This document shows, one piece after another, positions 51,964-61,446 of a stretch of 64,000 nucleotides of DNA. A model generated the notes under the pieces. It was not told the DNA's origin. It searched no databases and saw only the letters and a program-made list of their open reading frames with translations. The stretch is from Polyangiales bacterium. GTDB taxonomy: Bacteria > Myxococcota_A > Polyangia > Polyangiales > Polyangiaceae. The stretch covers positions 37,879-101,878 of the forward strand of contig JBBRNJ010000025.1 in the NCBI GenBank assembly GCA_038230375.1, in the 5' to 3' direction. Position 1 is the first letter of the stretch. Each line of letters starts with the position of its first letter. Position numbers and translations under genes: made by a program.

Positions 51964-53387
51964 TTGCGCCGTCCGAACTCGGGGTATGGATCCGTGGAAG
52001 GAGCTGCAGGAGGAGGACGTTGCGCGCTGGGAGGCGCGACGGAAACGGGGGCGGGAGACGATGCCGGCGCCGGAGAGGACGCGGGGGCTGACGCGATGCT
52101 GGGCGCTGGGCGCTGGGGTACGGCGTTGTTGTTTCTGGCGGTCGTCACCGGCGCGGGCGGAAGATCGGACACGTTCGCCCCCGGGGCGCTCTCCGCGATG
52201 GTGGGCGCGGATGCGGGCGCGGAGGTCGCGACACTCGCGGACGTGGAGACGTTCTTCGCCACGGGCTCGCCGCTCCTCGAGCTGTAAGCAACGAGACCGA
52301 TAACGCCGCCCACGACGGCACCGAAGAGCACGAGCAGCAGTACCCCACCCATTCGCGCCGGCCTGCGGCGAAGGCGCACCTCCGTGGTCTCCTTCGCGCG
52401 AAGCTGCGGCTCGTCGAGCGTCGCGGCGGGATCTCGTTGCGGTGCCACCGAGCGCGTGAGCGGCGCGCCGGAAAGGAGCGCGGGCAGATCGACCCGCGAG
52501 CGAAGCGGCTCGAGCACGGCGCAGAGCTCCGCCACGTTGCGGAAGCGCGCCGTGCGCTCCTTGGCCAGGCATCGTCCGATGATCGCATCGAGGGCCAGCG
52601 GCACGTCGTCCACGAGCGAGGACACCGCCGGCGGCTCGTGCGTGACGATGTTGACCAGCGTCTGCGGGATGGTCTCCGCGCCGAACGCCGCCACCCCCGT
52701 GACGAGCTCGAACAGGATCGCTCCGAGCGCCCAGATGTCCGTGCGCTCGTCCAGCGGCTCGCCGGAGATCTGCTCGGGCGACATGAAGGTCGGCGAGCCG
52801 AAGATGTCGTTCGGCTGCGTGAGCTTCGCGTCGGTGGACGGAGCGGCCTTCATCAGGCCGAAATCAAGCACTTTCAGGATGCATGTGCCGTCGTCGCCGC
52901 GCGAGAGAAACAGATTCGCCGGCTTGAGATCGCGATGCAGGATCCCTGCGGCGTGCGCAACGCTCACGCCCGCGCAGGCCTGGAGGACCAGCTCGACGAC
53001 GTACTTCGCGGGCAGCCTGCCACGCCGCACCACCATGGAGTCCAGGTCTTCACCCGTGAGCAGCTCCATCACCATGAACGGCGGCTCGGGCGGATGCGAG
53101 TTGACGTCGAGCATCTGAACGATGTGCGGGCTTCGCAGCTTGCTCACGCCGCGGGCCTCCTGGAGAAACCGCGCGAGCGCTACCTCGTCGTGGAGCAGCT
53201 TCGGCTGGAGGATCTTCACCGCCACCGTGGTGTGGAGGTCGATGTTGGTCGCGCGGGCGATGATCCCCATGCCGCCTTCGCCGATGATCTCGTCGACCTC
53301 GTACTTGCCGCCGAGGATCGTGCCCGGAACGATCAGCATCTCGCCGAACGCGCCGGTAGGCTGCGACTCCGTTGCGGTAGCGCTCAT
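51960..53387 (-). CDS. Membrane-anchored Hanks-type Ser/Thr kinase; tail ends PYPEFGRRK
   Basis: IGEGGMG, HRDLKPANLF, DFG, SPE; TM GVLLLVLFGAVVGGVIGLVAY; Pro/Ser/Ala tail. Confidence 0.93.
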   Translation of the reverse strand: MSATATESQPTGAFGEMLIVPGTILGGKYEVDEIIGEGGMGIIARATNIDLHTTVAVKILQPKLLHDEVALARFLQEARGVSKLRSPHIVQMLDVNSHPPEPPFMVMELLTGEDLDSMVVRRGRLPAKYVVELVLQACAGVSVAHAAGILHRDLKPANLFLSRGDDGTCILKVLDFGLMKAAPSTDAKLTQPNDIFGSPTFMSPEQISGEPLDERTDIWALGAILFELVTGVAAFGAETIPQTLVNIVTHEPPAVSSLVDDVPLALDAIIGRCLAKERTARFRNVAELCAVLEPLRSRVDLPALLSGAPLTRSVAPQRDPAATLDEPQLRAKETTEVRLRRRPARMGGVLLLVLFGAVVGGVIGLVAYSSRSGEPVAKNVSTSASVATSAPASAPTIAESAPGANVSDLPPAPVTTARNNNAVPQRPAPSIASAPASSPAPASSPAPVSVAPPSAQRPPPAAPSTDPYPEFGRRK

Positions 53388-54865
53388 GGCGCTCCCTTTG
53401 CCGCGGCCTTGCCCGGCACGCCACCGGTCGGCGCACTGCCAGGCACTCCCGTTGCGAGCAAGGTCAATGGATCCAGCTGTGCTTTCCCCGTGCCGCCGAG
53501 CGCGATCGCGAAGGAGTCGCCACCCGCGCCTGGGCTCCCGGCGCCGCCCGCGCCACCGAGCGCTCCCTTGGTGCCCGCCGTGCCGGTGCTCTTCCCGCTG
53601 GTGAGACCGCTGCATCCAGTCGCCACCGTGCCGCTACCGCACCCCGTCGTGCATGACGCGGAGTCGCTTCCGTTCGCGCCCTGCGCACCAGCACCGCCGG
53701 CGCCGCCCGCGCTGCCGACCGCCCCTGCTCCGCCGTTTCCTGCGGTCAGGGCGCCGCGTGTCGTCGTGATGATCGCGTTCCACGCGTAGACCGCCACCGA
53801 GCTTCCGCCGCCGCCGCCGCCATGACCGCCACCACCGCCAGCACCGCCGCAGCCCGAATCGCCTGGTTTTCCTGAGGCCGGCGTGCCTGGATTTCCGGTG
53901 CATGCGCCGAGGATTGTCGGTGGCGTGCAGCTCGCAAAGCAGCTGAGCGGCGTGGGCGCGACCGGCGAGGCGCCATTGTCACCGCGCACGCCCGGGGCAC
54001 CGTCGGCACCATTCGATGCGGCAAGTCCGTCGGGCCCGAACTTCGAGGACGAAGGCGGCGCACCCTGCGAGCCCGCATCGCCCGCAGGCGGTGCACCTGC
54101 CTCACCACCATCCGCGCCCGCCCACGGCGGCTGACACGCGCCCGCGCCCGCATCGCCCAGCGTCGCAGACTTCGCGGGGTCGCCATTGCCGGCGGCCGCC
54201 GCCACGACGAAGACGTCCGTCAGTGTGACCTGCGGCACGTTCTTGTCGCCGCGCGCGCGCAAGCCGTACACGGACTCTGATGCGAGTGGCTTCGTCTTGC
54301 TCTTGATGGTGAGGTCGTTGAGCGTGACGGGCTGCGCGGTGTCATCCACGAGCACCGCTGTTGCCTTGTCTTCCGGCGCCTGGATGGTGACAGTGCTGCC
54401 GGGAGGCTCCGCGCACGCGCGCGCATAGGTGATCGTCGCGCCCGTACGGAGCGCGTTCCATCCGCCTTGCAGCGTCACGCCCGGTGGCATGCTGATCGAC
54501 TCCGTGTAGGTGCCGCGCACGACGTACACGAGGGTGCGGCCGAGGTCCCGCGCGCGCGCAAGCCCGGTGGCGATGTGCACGCATGGCGTGTCCTTGGCGC
54601 CGCACAATGGATCCTCCGCCGTGCCTGCGTCGGCCGCGCTGTCTCCGCCGACCACGAACACGCCCGCCGTCTCGTCGGCCTTCTCGTTCTCGCAGCCCGG
54701 CGCGCGTCCCTCCGCGATGCTGCCGTCACCGACCAGCGCAGGTGACGCAGCCGGGTCGAGCGGGTCCTCGAACCCCCACACCACGGCACATGCTGCGAGC
54801 GTGCTGCTCATGGCAAAGAGGGCGATCGCGGCTCCGATGCGGGTGGAATGGTTCGCGATGGTCAT
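53384..54865 (-). CDS. Gly-rich (PGRS-like) surface lipoprotein with a DUF1565-like N-terminal region
   Basis: LAAC lipobox; GVFV...CGAKDTPC...GTYTE; extensive GxxG repeats. Confidence 0.8.
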   Translation of the reverse strand: MTIANHSTRIGAAIALFAMSSTLAACAVVWGFEDPLDPAASPALVGDGSIAEGRAPGCENEKADETAGVFVVGGDSAADAGTAEDPLCGAKDTPCVHIATGLARARDLGRTLVYVVRGTYTESISMPPGVTLQGGWNALRTGATITYARACAEPPGSTVTIQAPEDKATAVLVDDTAQPVTLNDLTIKSKTKPLASESVYGLRARGDKNVPQVTLTDVFVVAAAAGNGDPAKSATLGDAGAGACQPPWAGADGGEAGAPPAGDAGSQGAPPSSSKFGPDGLAASNGADGAPGVRGDNGASPVAPTPLSCFASCTPPTILGACTGNPGTPASGKPGDSGCGGAGGGGGHGGGGGGSSVAVYAWNAIITTTRGALTAGNGGAGAVGSAGGAGGAGAQGANGSDSASCTTGCGSGTVATGCSGLTSGKSTGTAGTKGALGGAGGAGSPGAGGDSFAIALGGTGKAQLDPLTLLATGVPGSAPTGGVPGKAAAKGAP

Positions 54866-54938
54866 AGGGTAAGCATTCCCGGGTCTTGGGTCCTGTGCCC
54901 GGAGCCCCGAAAAACCAGACAGCTCGACCACAGATTGT

Positions 54939-55643
54939 TTGTCTGGAAATTCTTCCCGGAAGACACTCTCCTTATCAGTGGTGCCCCATCCGTCGAAGCC
55001 CAGACTGACGCTCGTCCGGAGCGCCCCGACCGAGCCTTCCAGGCCTGCGGCGCTGCTCGACGACGCCGAGCTCCTGGCCGGTATGCAGCGCGGGGACGTG
55101 CACGCCGCCGACGCGCTCTACGACCGCCTGCGGCCGCGGGTCGACTCCACGGTGCGTCGGCTGCTCGGGCGGGGAGACCCCGATCACGACGACTGCGTTC
55201 AGAACACGTTTGTCGAGCTCGTGAAGTCCGTCGATGGCTACCGCGGCGAGTGCTCGCTCGAGCACTGGGTCGCGCAGATCGCAGCACGTGTAGTATACAA
55301 GCAAATTCGCCAGCGTAAGCTGCACCGCCGCTACTTCGACGGCGCGCGTGACGCAAACGGCGATCCGCCCGAGCGCGCAGAGCCCGTGGATGCCACACGG
55401 CGTATGGTCGCGCGCGATCTTTTCTCCCGCATCCGCGCGATGCTCGGCGCGATCGAGACGGACAACACGTACACGTTCCTGCTGCACGACGTCGTCGGCT
55501 TCGACCTGCGTGAGATCGCCGAGATCACCGGCGTCAGCGTGGCCGCGGCGCAGCAACGTCTGGTCCGCGGTAGACGCGCGGTACACGCCCACCTCATGAC
55601 CGATGACCCCGCGCTCGCCCGCGAGATGGAGGACTGGACATGA
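54939..55643 (+). CDS. ECF RNA polymerase sigma factor
   Basis: Region 2 (DCVQNTFVEL...YRGECSLEHW) and region 4 (EIAEITGVSVAAAQQRLVRGR); start uncertain. Confidence 0.9.
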   Translation: MSGNSSRKTLSLSVVPHPSKPRLTLVRSAPTEPSRPAALLDDAELLAGMQRGDVHAADALYDRLRPRVDSTVRRLLGRGDPDHDDCVQNTFVELVKSVDGYRGECSLEHWVAQIAARVVYKQIRQRKLHRRYFDGARDANGDPPERAEPVDATRRMVARDLFSRIRAMLGAIETDNTYTFLLHDVVGFDLREIAEITGVSVAAAQQRLVRGRRAVHAHLMTDDPALAREMEDWT

Positions 55644-56566
55644 CCGTCCCCCTCCTCGCACGTGCGGTGGCCAAGGCGTTGGCCGAGGAGCCGCTCGACG
55701 CGCCGGTCTTGAACGACGCGCGCCGCGAGCGCACCATCGTGGCCATTCGCGCCGAGCTCGCGCTCCGGGAGAAGCGGCGAACGCGGAGGCGCTGGGCCAC
55801 GATCGCCCTCGTCGCGGCCGCGGTGCTGCTCTCGGCCGCCGGCTCGTGGAGCATCGTCACATCGAAGGGCAACACCAACGTCGCGTCGAGCCCATCTGCC
55901 GGCGCCACGACTCCGCGCGGGCCGGGCATCGTGGCGGAAGAGGTGCATGGCGAGGTGTTCCTCACCACGGCGGGCGGCAACGAGCTGCTGGCGGCTCACG
56001 GAGCGGTCGCGAACGAGCAAGGTATCGTCACTGGAGAAGGCGACGTGACGCTCGCGCTCGGAAACGCAGGCACCCGCGTCCGGATCGATCCGCGATCGAG
56101 CGCGGCGCTCACGAATGGCCCCGATGCCGGTGTGGTGCGCGTGAGGTCGGGCGCAGTCACGGCCACGGTGGCAAAGCTGCGTCCGAACGAGCGCTTTCTG
56201 ATCCAGACCGACGAGGCAGAAGTGGAGGCGCACGGTACGGTGTTCACGGTCGCCCGCGCCACCACGCCGGACTGCGGAGCACGCACCTCCGTGCACGTGA
56301 TGGAGGGGCGCATCTCCGTTCGTGACAAGGGCGGCACGCTGTTCCTGGGTCCGAGCGAGGACTGGAAGAGCGTCTGCATCTCCGGTGGCCCCGCACCGAG
56401 CGCAGTACCAGGCACGGCGCCCACACCCACGCCCCGTCCCATGCAGCCGGTCTTCGCGCCATCCGCGCCTTCGCAGACGAGCACGCTACCGTTCGCCCCG
56501 CCTTCCGCGAGCCCGCCACCCACTTCATCCGTGTCCCCTTACCCGGAGTTCGGACGACGCAAGTGA
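55640..56566 (+). CDS. FecR-domain anti-sigma factor; tail ends PYPEFGRRK
   Basis: ATGA overlap with the sigma gene; TM WATIALVAAAVLL; VEAHGTVFTV and VMEGRISV FecR motifs. Confidence 0.88.
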   Translation: MTVPLLARAVAKALAEEPLDAPVLNDARRERTIVAIRAELALREKRRTRRRWATIALVAAAVLLSAAGSWSIVTSKGNTNVASSPSAGATTPRGPGIVAEEVHGEVFLTTAGGNELLAAHGAVANEQGIVTGEGDVTLALGNAGTRVRIDPRSSAALTNGPDAGVVRVRSGAVTATVAKLRPNERFLIQTDEAEVEAHGTVFTVARATTPDCGARTSVHVMEGRISVRDKGGTLFLGPSEDWKSVCISGGPAPSAVPGTAPTPTPRPMQPVFAPSAPSQTSTLPFAPPSASPPPTSSVSPYPEFGRRK

Positions 56567-58915
56567 TCAGCGGCCGCGCAGCACCGTGACCCCTCGAGGT
56601 GTGTCGATCGAGATCGCGAGCCCCTCGAAGCGCGGGAGGTATGAGAGCGGCGGAGGGTCCTTCCGCGTGCCCTTGATCATGCGAAGCACGACCTTGCTCG
56701 ACGCGAGATTGTAGTCGGCCTCGTAGACGGCATCGCCCACGCTCACCGTGCGCGGGAATTCACGGGTGATGACGCTCCGCACCTCGAAGGGCACGTCATC
56801 CGCGGTGAGATCCCTGGGAGACAGCATTGCCAGGTCCTCGCCCGTCTCGACGCCAAGGGCCGCCACGCGCGCGCGTGTCCAGCTCGCGAGATCTGGAACG
56901 GGCTCGCTCGCCGAAAGGCCAGCCGGGTGCCCGCGCACCGCCAGCTGCGCGGCCAGGGAACGCAGCGCGAGACGTTCACGCGTGAGCGCGAGGGCTTCGC
57001 GGAACAGACTGCCGCGGGTGAAGAGCTCCGTGATCGCCGCTCGCGCAACGTCACCGCGCGGCGCCTCTTCACGCGTCTGCACGACCCGCCCTGCGAAGAC
57101 GTGCTCGACCGTTGCGATGATCTTCCCGTGCTCCAGCCGCACCGCACCAAGGCGATCTTCACCGAGAGTGGCGCGTGCAATCCACGCGAGCGGGATCGAC
57201 GACGCACAAGTCACGAGCAATCGCGCATCTCGCCCGGCCCCGAACGCTCGTGCCTCGTAGACGACGATGGCGGCGACGTCGCGGACGTTGCGAACGGCGC
57301 TCTCGCGCGCGAGCTCCAGCTCCGTGCCTCCGTTCGTGAACGCCAGATCGCGGCCGCGCGGGCGTGCAACGTGGACCACGCGCGCATCCGCCGCGATCGC
57401 CGCGCGCGCGAGCTTCTCGCGATCCACCTCTGCGTCGTCGAGCGCGCCCGCCGCGAGCCCGAGGTCGCGCCGGAGCCGCGTGCGAATACGACGCGCCTCC
57501 TCGAGCGCGTTGCCCGAGACGTGATGTCTACCCGGCACGCCAATGCGCACGGCCCGGATCAGCGCCGTCGCGTCGCAGCCCGCGAGACGAAGGTCGTCGC
57601 CGCGATCCTCCGGCGCCGGGCCCACGAAGATGGGGCGCGACACGGCGAGCGCCGACACGAGATCGATCGCGTCGTCCAGCGCGCCCGCGGCCTTTCCCTC
57701 GAGAACGAGGCGTGCGAGCGCCGGATCGAGCGGTAGCGAGAAGATGCCGCGGCCGCCGTCCGTCAGGCCCGTGCGGCCCTTCGTGAGCGCGCCCCACGCC
57801 TCGAGATCGGCGCGAGCGGCGGCCAGTGCGTACGGCTTTGGCGGATCGAAGAGCGGAAGATCCTCGGGGCTCTCCCCCCATGCCGCGGCGGCCAGCACGA
57901 GCGGGACCAGTGATTCGCGGTGCACCTCGGGCAAGGTCACGGGCTCGAGGCGTGCGGCTGCGCTCCACATGCGGAGGCACACGCCGGCAGCGGTTCGCCC
58001 GGCGCGCCCCGTGCGCTGCGCGGCGGAGTCCTCCGCCACGGCGACCAGCGCAAGCGAGCCACGACCGTCCGTGTAACGTGTCTGACGGACGAGGCCGGAA
58101 TCGATCACGACGCCGACGCCTGGGATCGTGAGCGAGGTCTCCGCCACGTTGGTCGCCAGGATGATCTTCCGCCGCTCGTGAGGCGAGAGGGCGCGCCGCT
58201 GCGCTTCCAGCGAGAGCCCGCCGTGCAGGGGCACGATCTCTGCGGCCACGCCAAGGAGCGCGCGGGCGCAGGCCTCGATCTCCGACTTGCCGGGGAGAAA
58301 GCACAGCACGTCGCCGGTCTCGGCGAGCGCGCGCTCCACCGCCGTGCGCAGGCGCATGGGGAGATCCTCGCTGCTCGGTAGCGCGGCGCCGGTGGCTAGA
58401 TACCGCACGTCCACCGGGAACATGCGGCCCTCTGCGCGGAGAAACGTCGCCCCCGTGTGGCGCGCGACCCGCTCGCCGTCCAGCGTCGCGGACATGACGA
58501 TGAGGCCCGTGTGTTTCCGTCGCACCAGCAGCGCGAGAAGCAGATCGACGTCAAGGCTGCGCTCGTGGAACTCGTCCAGGATGATCGCATCGGCGCTGGT
58601 CAGCATCGACTCGCTGCGGAGCACGATGCCGGGCGTTGCAAATACAATCCGAGTGTCCTTCGCCATCACGGCTTCGTCGCGGACCACGTAGCCCACGCGA
58701 TCGCCCAGCCTCGTGCTCTCGAGCTCGGCCACGCGCGACGCAAGGCTGCGGCAGGCGACGCGACGCGGCTCCACCACGAGCACCTTGCCGTCGCACCAGC
58801 GCGGTACCTCGGTCGACTTCCCGGACCCGGTGGGCGAGGAGATGACCACCGGTCCCCTTGCTCGCGCTTCGTCGAAGGACGCACGCAGCGCGTGGATGGG
58901 GAGCTCTTCGTTCAC
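56567..58915 (-). CDS. hrpB: HrpB-like DEAH-box ATP-dependent helicase
   Basis: PTGSGKST, DEFHER, MSAT, ATNVAETSLTI, QRTGRAGR. Confidence 0.88.
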   Translation of the reverse strand: MNEELPIHALRASFDEARARGPVVISSPTGSGKSTEVPRWCDGKVLVVEPRRVACRSLASRVAELESTRLGDRVGYVVRDEAVMAKDTRIVFATPGIVLRSESMLTSADAIILDEFHERSLDVDLLLALLVRRKHTGLIVMSATLDGERVARHTGATFLRAEGRMFPVDVRYLATGAALPSSEDLPMRLRTAVERALAETGDVLCFLPGKSEIEACARALLGVAAEIVPLHGGLSLEAQRRALSPHERRKIILATNVAETSLTIPGVGVVIDSGLVRQTRYTDGRGSLALVAVAEDSAAQRTGRAGRTAAGVCLRMWSAAARLEPVTLPEVHRESLVPLVLAAAAWGESPEDLPLFDPPKPYALAAARADLEAWGALTKGRTGLTDGGRGIFSLPLDPALARLVLEGKAAGALDDAIDLVSALAVSRPIFVGPAPEDRGDDLRLAGCDATALIRAVRIGVPGRHHVSGNALEEARRIRTRLRRDLGLAAGALDDAEVDREKLARAAIAADARVVHVARPRGRDLAFTNGGTELELARESAVRNVRDVAAIVVYEARAFGAGRDARLLVTCASSIPLAWIARATLGEDRLGAVRLEHGKIIATVEHVFAGRVVQTREEAPRGDVARAAITELFTRGSLFREALALTRERLALRSLAAQLAVRGHPAGLSASEPVPDLASWTRARVAALGVETGEDLAMLSPRDLTADDVPFEVRSVITREFPRTVSVGDAVYEADYNLASSKVVLRMIKGTRKDPPPLSYLPRFEGLAISIDTPRGVTVLRGR

Positions 58916-59304
58916 GCCTCGCACTTACCACGGAGACGTCGCGCGACCGCACGCGAGGCCAGCGTTCCAGCCGCGACTCCGAGCACGTCCGCGGTGAAAT
59001 CCCAGATGCTGGAGCTCCGCACTTCGCTCAGCCGCTGCAGATACTCCTCGAGACCAACCGGAACGAGCACCACGACGGTCGCGAGTGGCAGGTGGATCCT
59101 GCCCGCAATGAGCGTGCGCCGCGCGAGCACCCCATCGGTGAAGAAGGCGAGCGCGGCGGCCATCGCGAAGTGGAGGACCTTGTCCACGTTGTGGGGCGCG
59201 AGCCAGATCGGAAGGGCTCCGGCGTACGCGAAGGCCGAGCCCGTGATCACGATCGCGATCGAGATGGTGAGGCCGACAGCCCACGGGAGCCTGGAGGAGC
59301 CCAT
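58912..59304 (-). CDS. VanZ-like membrane protein
   Basis: DKVLHF...EEYLQ...RSSSIWDFTADVLG. Confidence 0.8.
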   Translation of the reverse strand: MGSSRLPWAVGLTISIAIVITGSAFAYAGALPIWLAPHNVDKVLHFAMAAALAFFTDGVLARRTLIAGRIHLPLATVVVLVPVGLEEYLQRLSEVRSSSIWDFTADVLGVAAGTLASRAVARRLRGKCEA

Positions 59305-59335
59305 GCCGAGATCGTACCCCGTCTGTCGTGCGGTG

Positions 59336-60556
59336 CTACGGAGTCTCCACTGCGCCGATGTCGACCGGCGCATTGCGGGTCACGTCGTAGTAGTCGACGA
59401 TGGGCGCGTGCATCGGGTCACCCGCGTGCTTGCACGGCGAGCTCGCGCCGAGAGCCGGTGGCGAGTGCGTGTCCAGGTTGCAGTCCGAGGTGACGTAGCC
59501 CATCCCTGCCACCGCGAGCCCAGCGTAGTTGGTCATGTTGGCCCACAAGGCGTTGTTGCCGTGGGTGACAGTCACGGGGCTCAAGATGTTCACGCCGTTG
59601 GCGGTGTTCTTGGCGATGACGTTGTTCCAGTAGTTCAGCGCGCCGCCGCCGGAGCCATAGATCCCGTTCTGACAGCCGATGAGCGTGTTGTTCATCACGT
59701 CCACGGTCTGCACGGAAGACGCGTAGACGCAGTACGCCGCGTCGTGCACGTAGCTGTTCTTCAGGACGAAGTGCGACGCCGTGCTCGCATTCTGCGCAGT
59801 GATCTGGATGGCGTAGCCGTTGGTCATGGCGGGTTGCACGTCGACGCCGTCGAACGTGATGCTGCCAAAGTTGTAGAGCGAAGTGGTGGAGCTGCCGCGA
59901 AGTCGTGATGCCGTGAGCGTGAACGTGGTGGGCACGTTCGAGGCTTGCAGCGCGTAGCTGGCCTGGCCGTCGATCGTGACGCCCGTGATGCTCGCGCTCG
60001 CGAAGCCGGTGCCCAGCGTGACTGCGCCCTGGATGATCGTTGCGTCGGCCGACACGCCGACGAGCTTGAAGTTCTTCTGGTGGTTCCCCGTGTCGGTGAT
60101 GGTGAACGTGGAGCTCGGATAGGTCTGCGCCTTGAGGCAGATCGTGACGTCCGTACCTGCGTTCGCAAGCGCGGCGATCGCCGCGGAGATGGTCGCGTAG
60201 TCGCCGGGGACCGACGGACCGACACATGCAGCCGCCTGACAGACATTGCCCATGCAGGTCTGGTCCGCGCGACAGAACGCGGTGCCGCACGGGACCGCAG
60301 CAGAGCCTCCGCCGCCGCCATCGCCACCAGCGCCACCCTCGGTGCCCATTCCGGAGGAGCCGCCATCGCCGCCCGCGCCGCCCTCGCCATTGAGGACGCC
60401 GCCGTCCCCGCCCTGGCCGGAAGCGCCGCCTTCGTCTGGAACGAATCCAGGATTTCCGCCGACACCGCCGTCCGCCGCGCACGCAACGCACAGAACGATC
60501 GCGCCGATGCTGCCAACACAAGCCGTGCCCCAGGCCCCAAGAACGACGCTCTTCAT
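59336..60556 (-). CDS. Secreted right-handed beta-helix (pectin lyase-like) lipoprotein
   Basis: CVAC lipobox, Gly linker, VPGDYATISAAI, NNTL/NNVI repeats, terminal DIGAVE. Confidence 0.8.
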   Translation of the reverse strand: MKSVVLGAWGTACVGSIGAIVLCVACAADGGVGGNPGFVPDEGGASGQGGDGGVLNGEGGAGGDGGSSGMGTEGGAGGDGGGGGSAAVPCGTAFCRADQTCMGNVCQAAACVGPSVPGDYATISAAIAALANAGTDVTICLKAQTYPSSTFTITDTGNHQKNFKLVGVSADATIIQGAVTLGTGFASASITGVTIDGQASYALQASNVPTTFTLTASRLRGSSTTSLYNFGSITFDGVDVQPAMTNGYAIQITAQNASTASHFVLKNSYVHDAAYCVYASSVQTVDVMNNTLIGCQNGIYGSGGGALNYWNNVIAKNTANGVNILSPVTVTHGNNALWANMTNYAGLAVAGMGYVTSDCNLDTHSPPALGASSPCKHAGDPMHAPIVDYYDVTRNAPVDIGAVETP

Positions 60557-60601
60557 GACTCTCTCGCAGTGAAGTCGCGCATGAGTGCGCGCGAGCGCCT
60601 T

Positions 60602-60617
60602 TGCAACGTGCGCGCCA
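60602..60617 (-). promoter_or_regulatory. Putative sigma-54 promoter of the beta-helix lipoprotein gene
   Basis: Minus strand TGGCGCGCACGTTGCA matches TGGC-N7-TTGCA, about 45 nt upstream of the ATG. Confidence 0.7.
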
Positions 60618-60880
60618 CACCCACCTGCGTGGACCGCCGCCAGAAAGCCGGGACGGCGCCCGGATCTCCCGGAAAATTCGAGGGGTCGTCGGAAGAGAAT
60701 TTCCGGGTGGGTTGGGCAGCGGCTGCGATCGTAGCGTCCACGCGACACTCCTACCTCGCCCGAGAGGCATGCGTGCCCCACCCGGATCCTGCGGGCGGGT
60801 GGTGCGCGCCCTGGGTCATGCGTTCCAGGCTGGATTTGTGGACCTCGGGCGCGGCCCACCGCTTGCACCTCACGGATGCC

Positions 60881-61438
60881 GTGCGCTCCCCCCTCTTCTT
60901 CGCCCTCCTCGTGACGCTCTCCTGCGCGGCGCGTGGCCCCCGACAGGCCTTGCCGGAGGACGGCGCGCCGGTGCTTGCCGCGACGGCCACGTGCACCCGC
61001 GCGAACATGGAGACCGCGGCCTGCGACGAGCTGCGTCGTGCGGCCGGCACCGAGGACAACGCGCAGAACGTGTCCGTTGCCCGCGCCCTGGAATGGCTGG
61101 ACGACGGCGTGGTGGGAGGCCGTGGACGGCTTCACCGCGGCTACCAGGCGGACTCCACGGGCCTCCTTGCGATGGCGTGGGGTGAGAGCGCAGAGATGGT
61201 GGATGGCAACGAGCCCCCGCCGCGGCCGGCATCCACAACGCTCTCAAGCACCGACGACCTCACGCCCGGCGATGCGCTGCAGAGCCACGGCCATGCCCTG
61301 ATCTTCGGCGGCTGGACGGACGCGGAGAAGGCGACGGCGATCGTCCTGGAGCAGCCGGATATGGGGCTGGCCGCGATGCACGCCGTGCCGCGTACGGCGC
61401 TCGAAGGCTGGACGCCCGTCCGCCGCACCACGCGCTGA
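60881..61438 (+). CDS. NlpC/P60-like secreted protein with the catalytic Cys replaced by Ser
   Basis: RALEW...GYQADSTGLLAMAW...DLTPGDAL...GHALIFGGW; the family motif is DCSG. Confidence 0.7.
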   Translation: MRSPLFFALLVTLSCAARGPRQALPEDGAPVLAATATCTRANMETAACDELRRAAGTEDNAQNVSVARALEWLDDGVVGGRGRLHRGYQADSTGLLAMAWGESAEMVDGNEPPPRPASTTLSSTDDLTPGDALQSHGHALIFGGWTDAEKATAIVLEQPDMGLAAMHAVPRTALEGWTPVRRTTR

Positions 61439-61446
61439 AACGTCGG

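Noticed and set aside
53384..54200. Mycobacterial PE_PGRS gene or horizontal transfer
   Set aside because: No PE domain; it has a lipoprotein signal, and Gly-rich repeats of this kind are common in myxobacterial surface proteins
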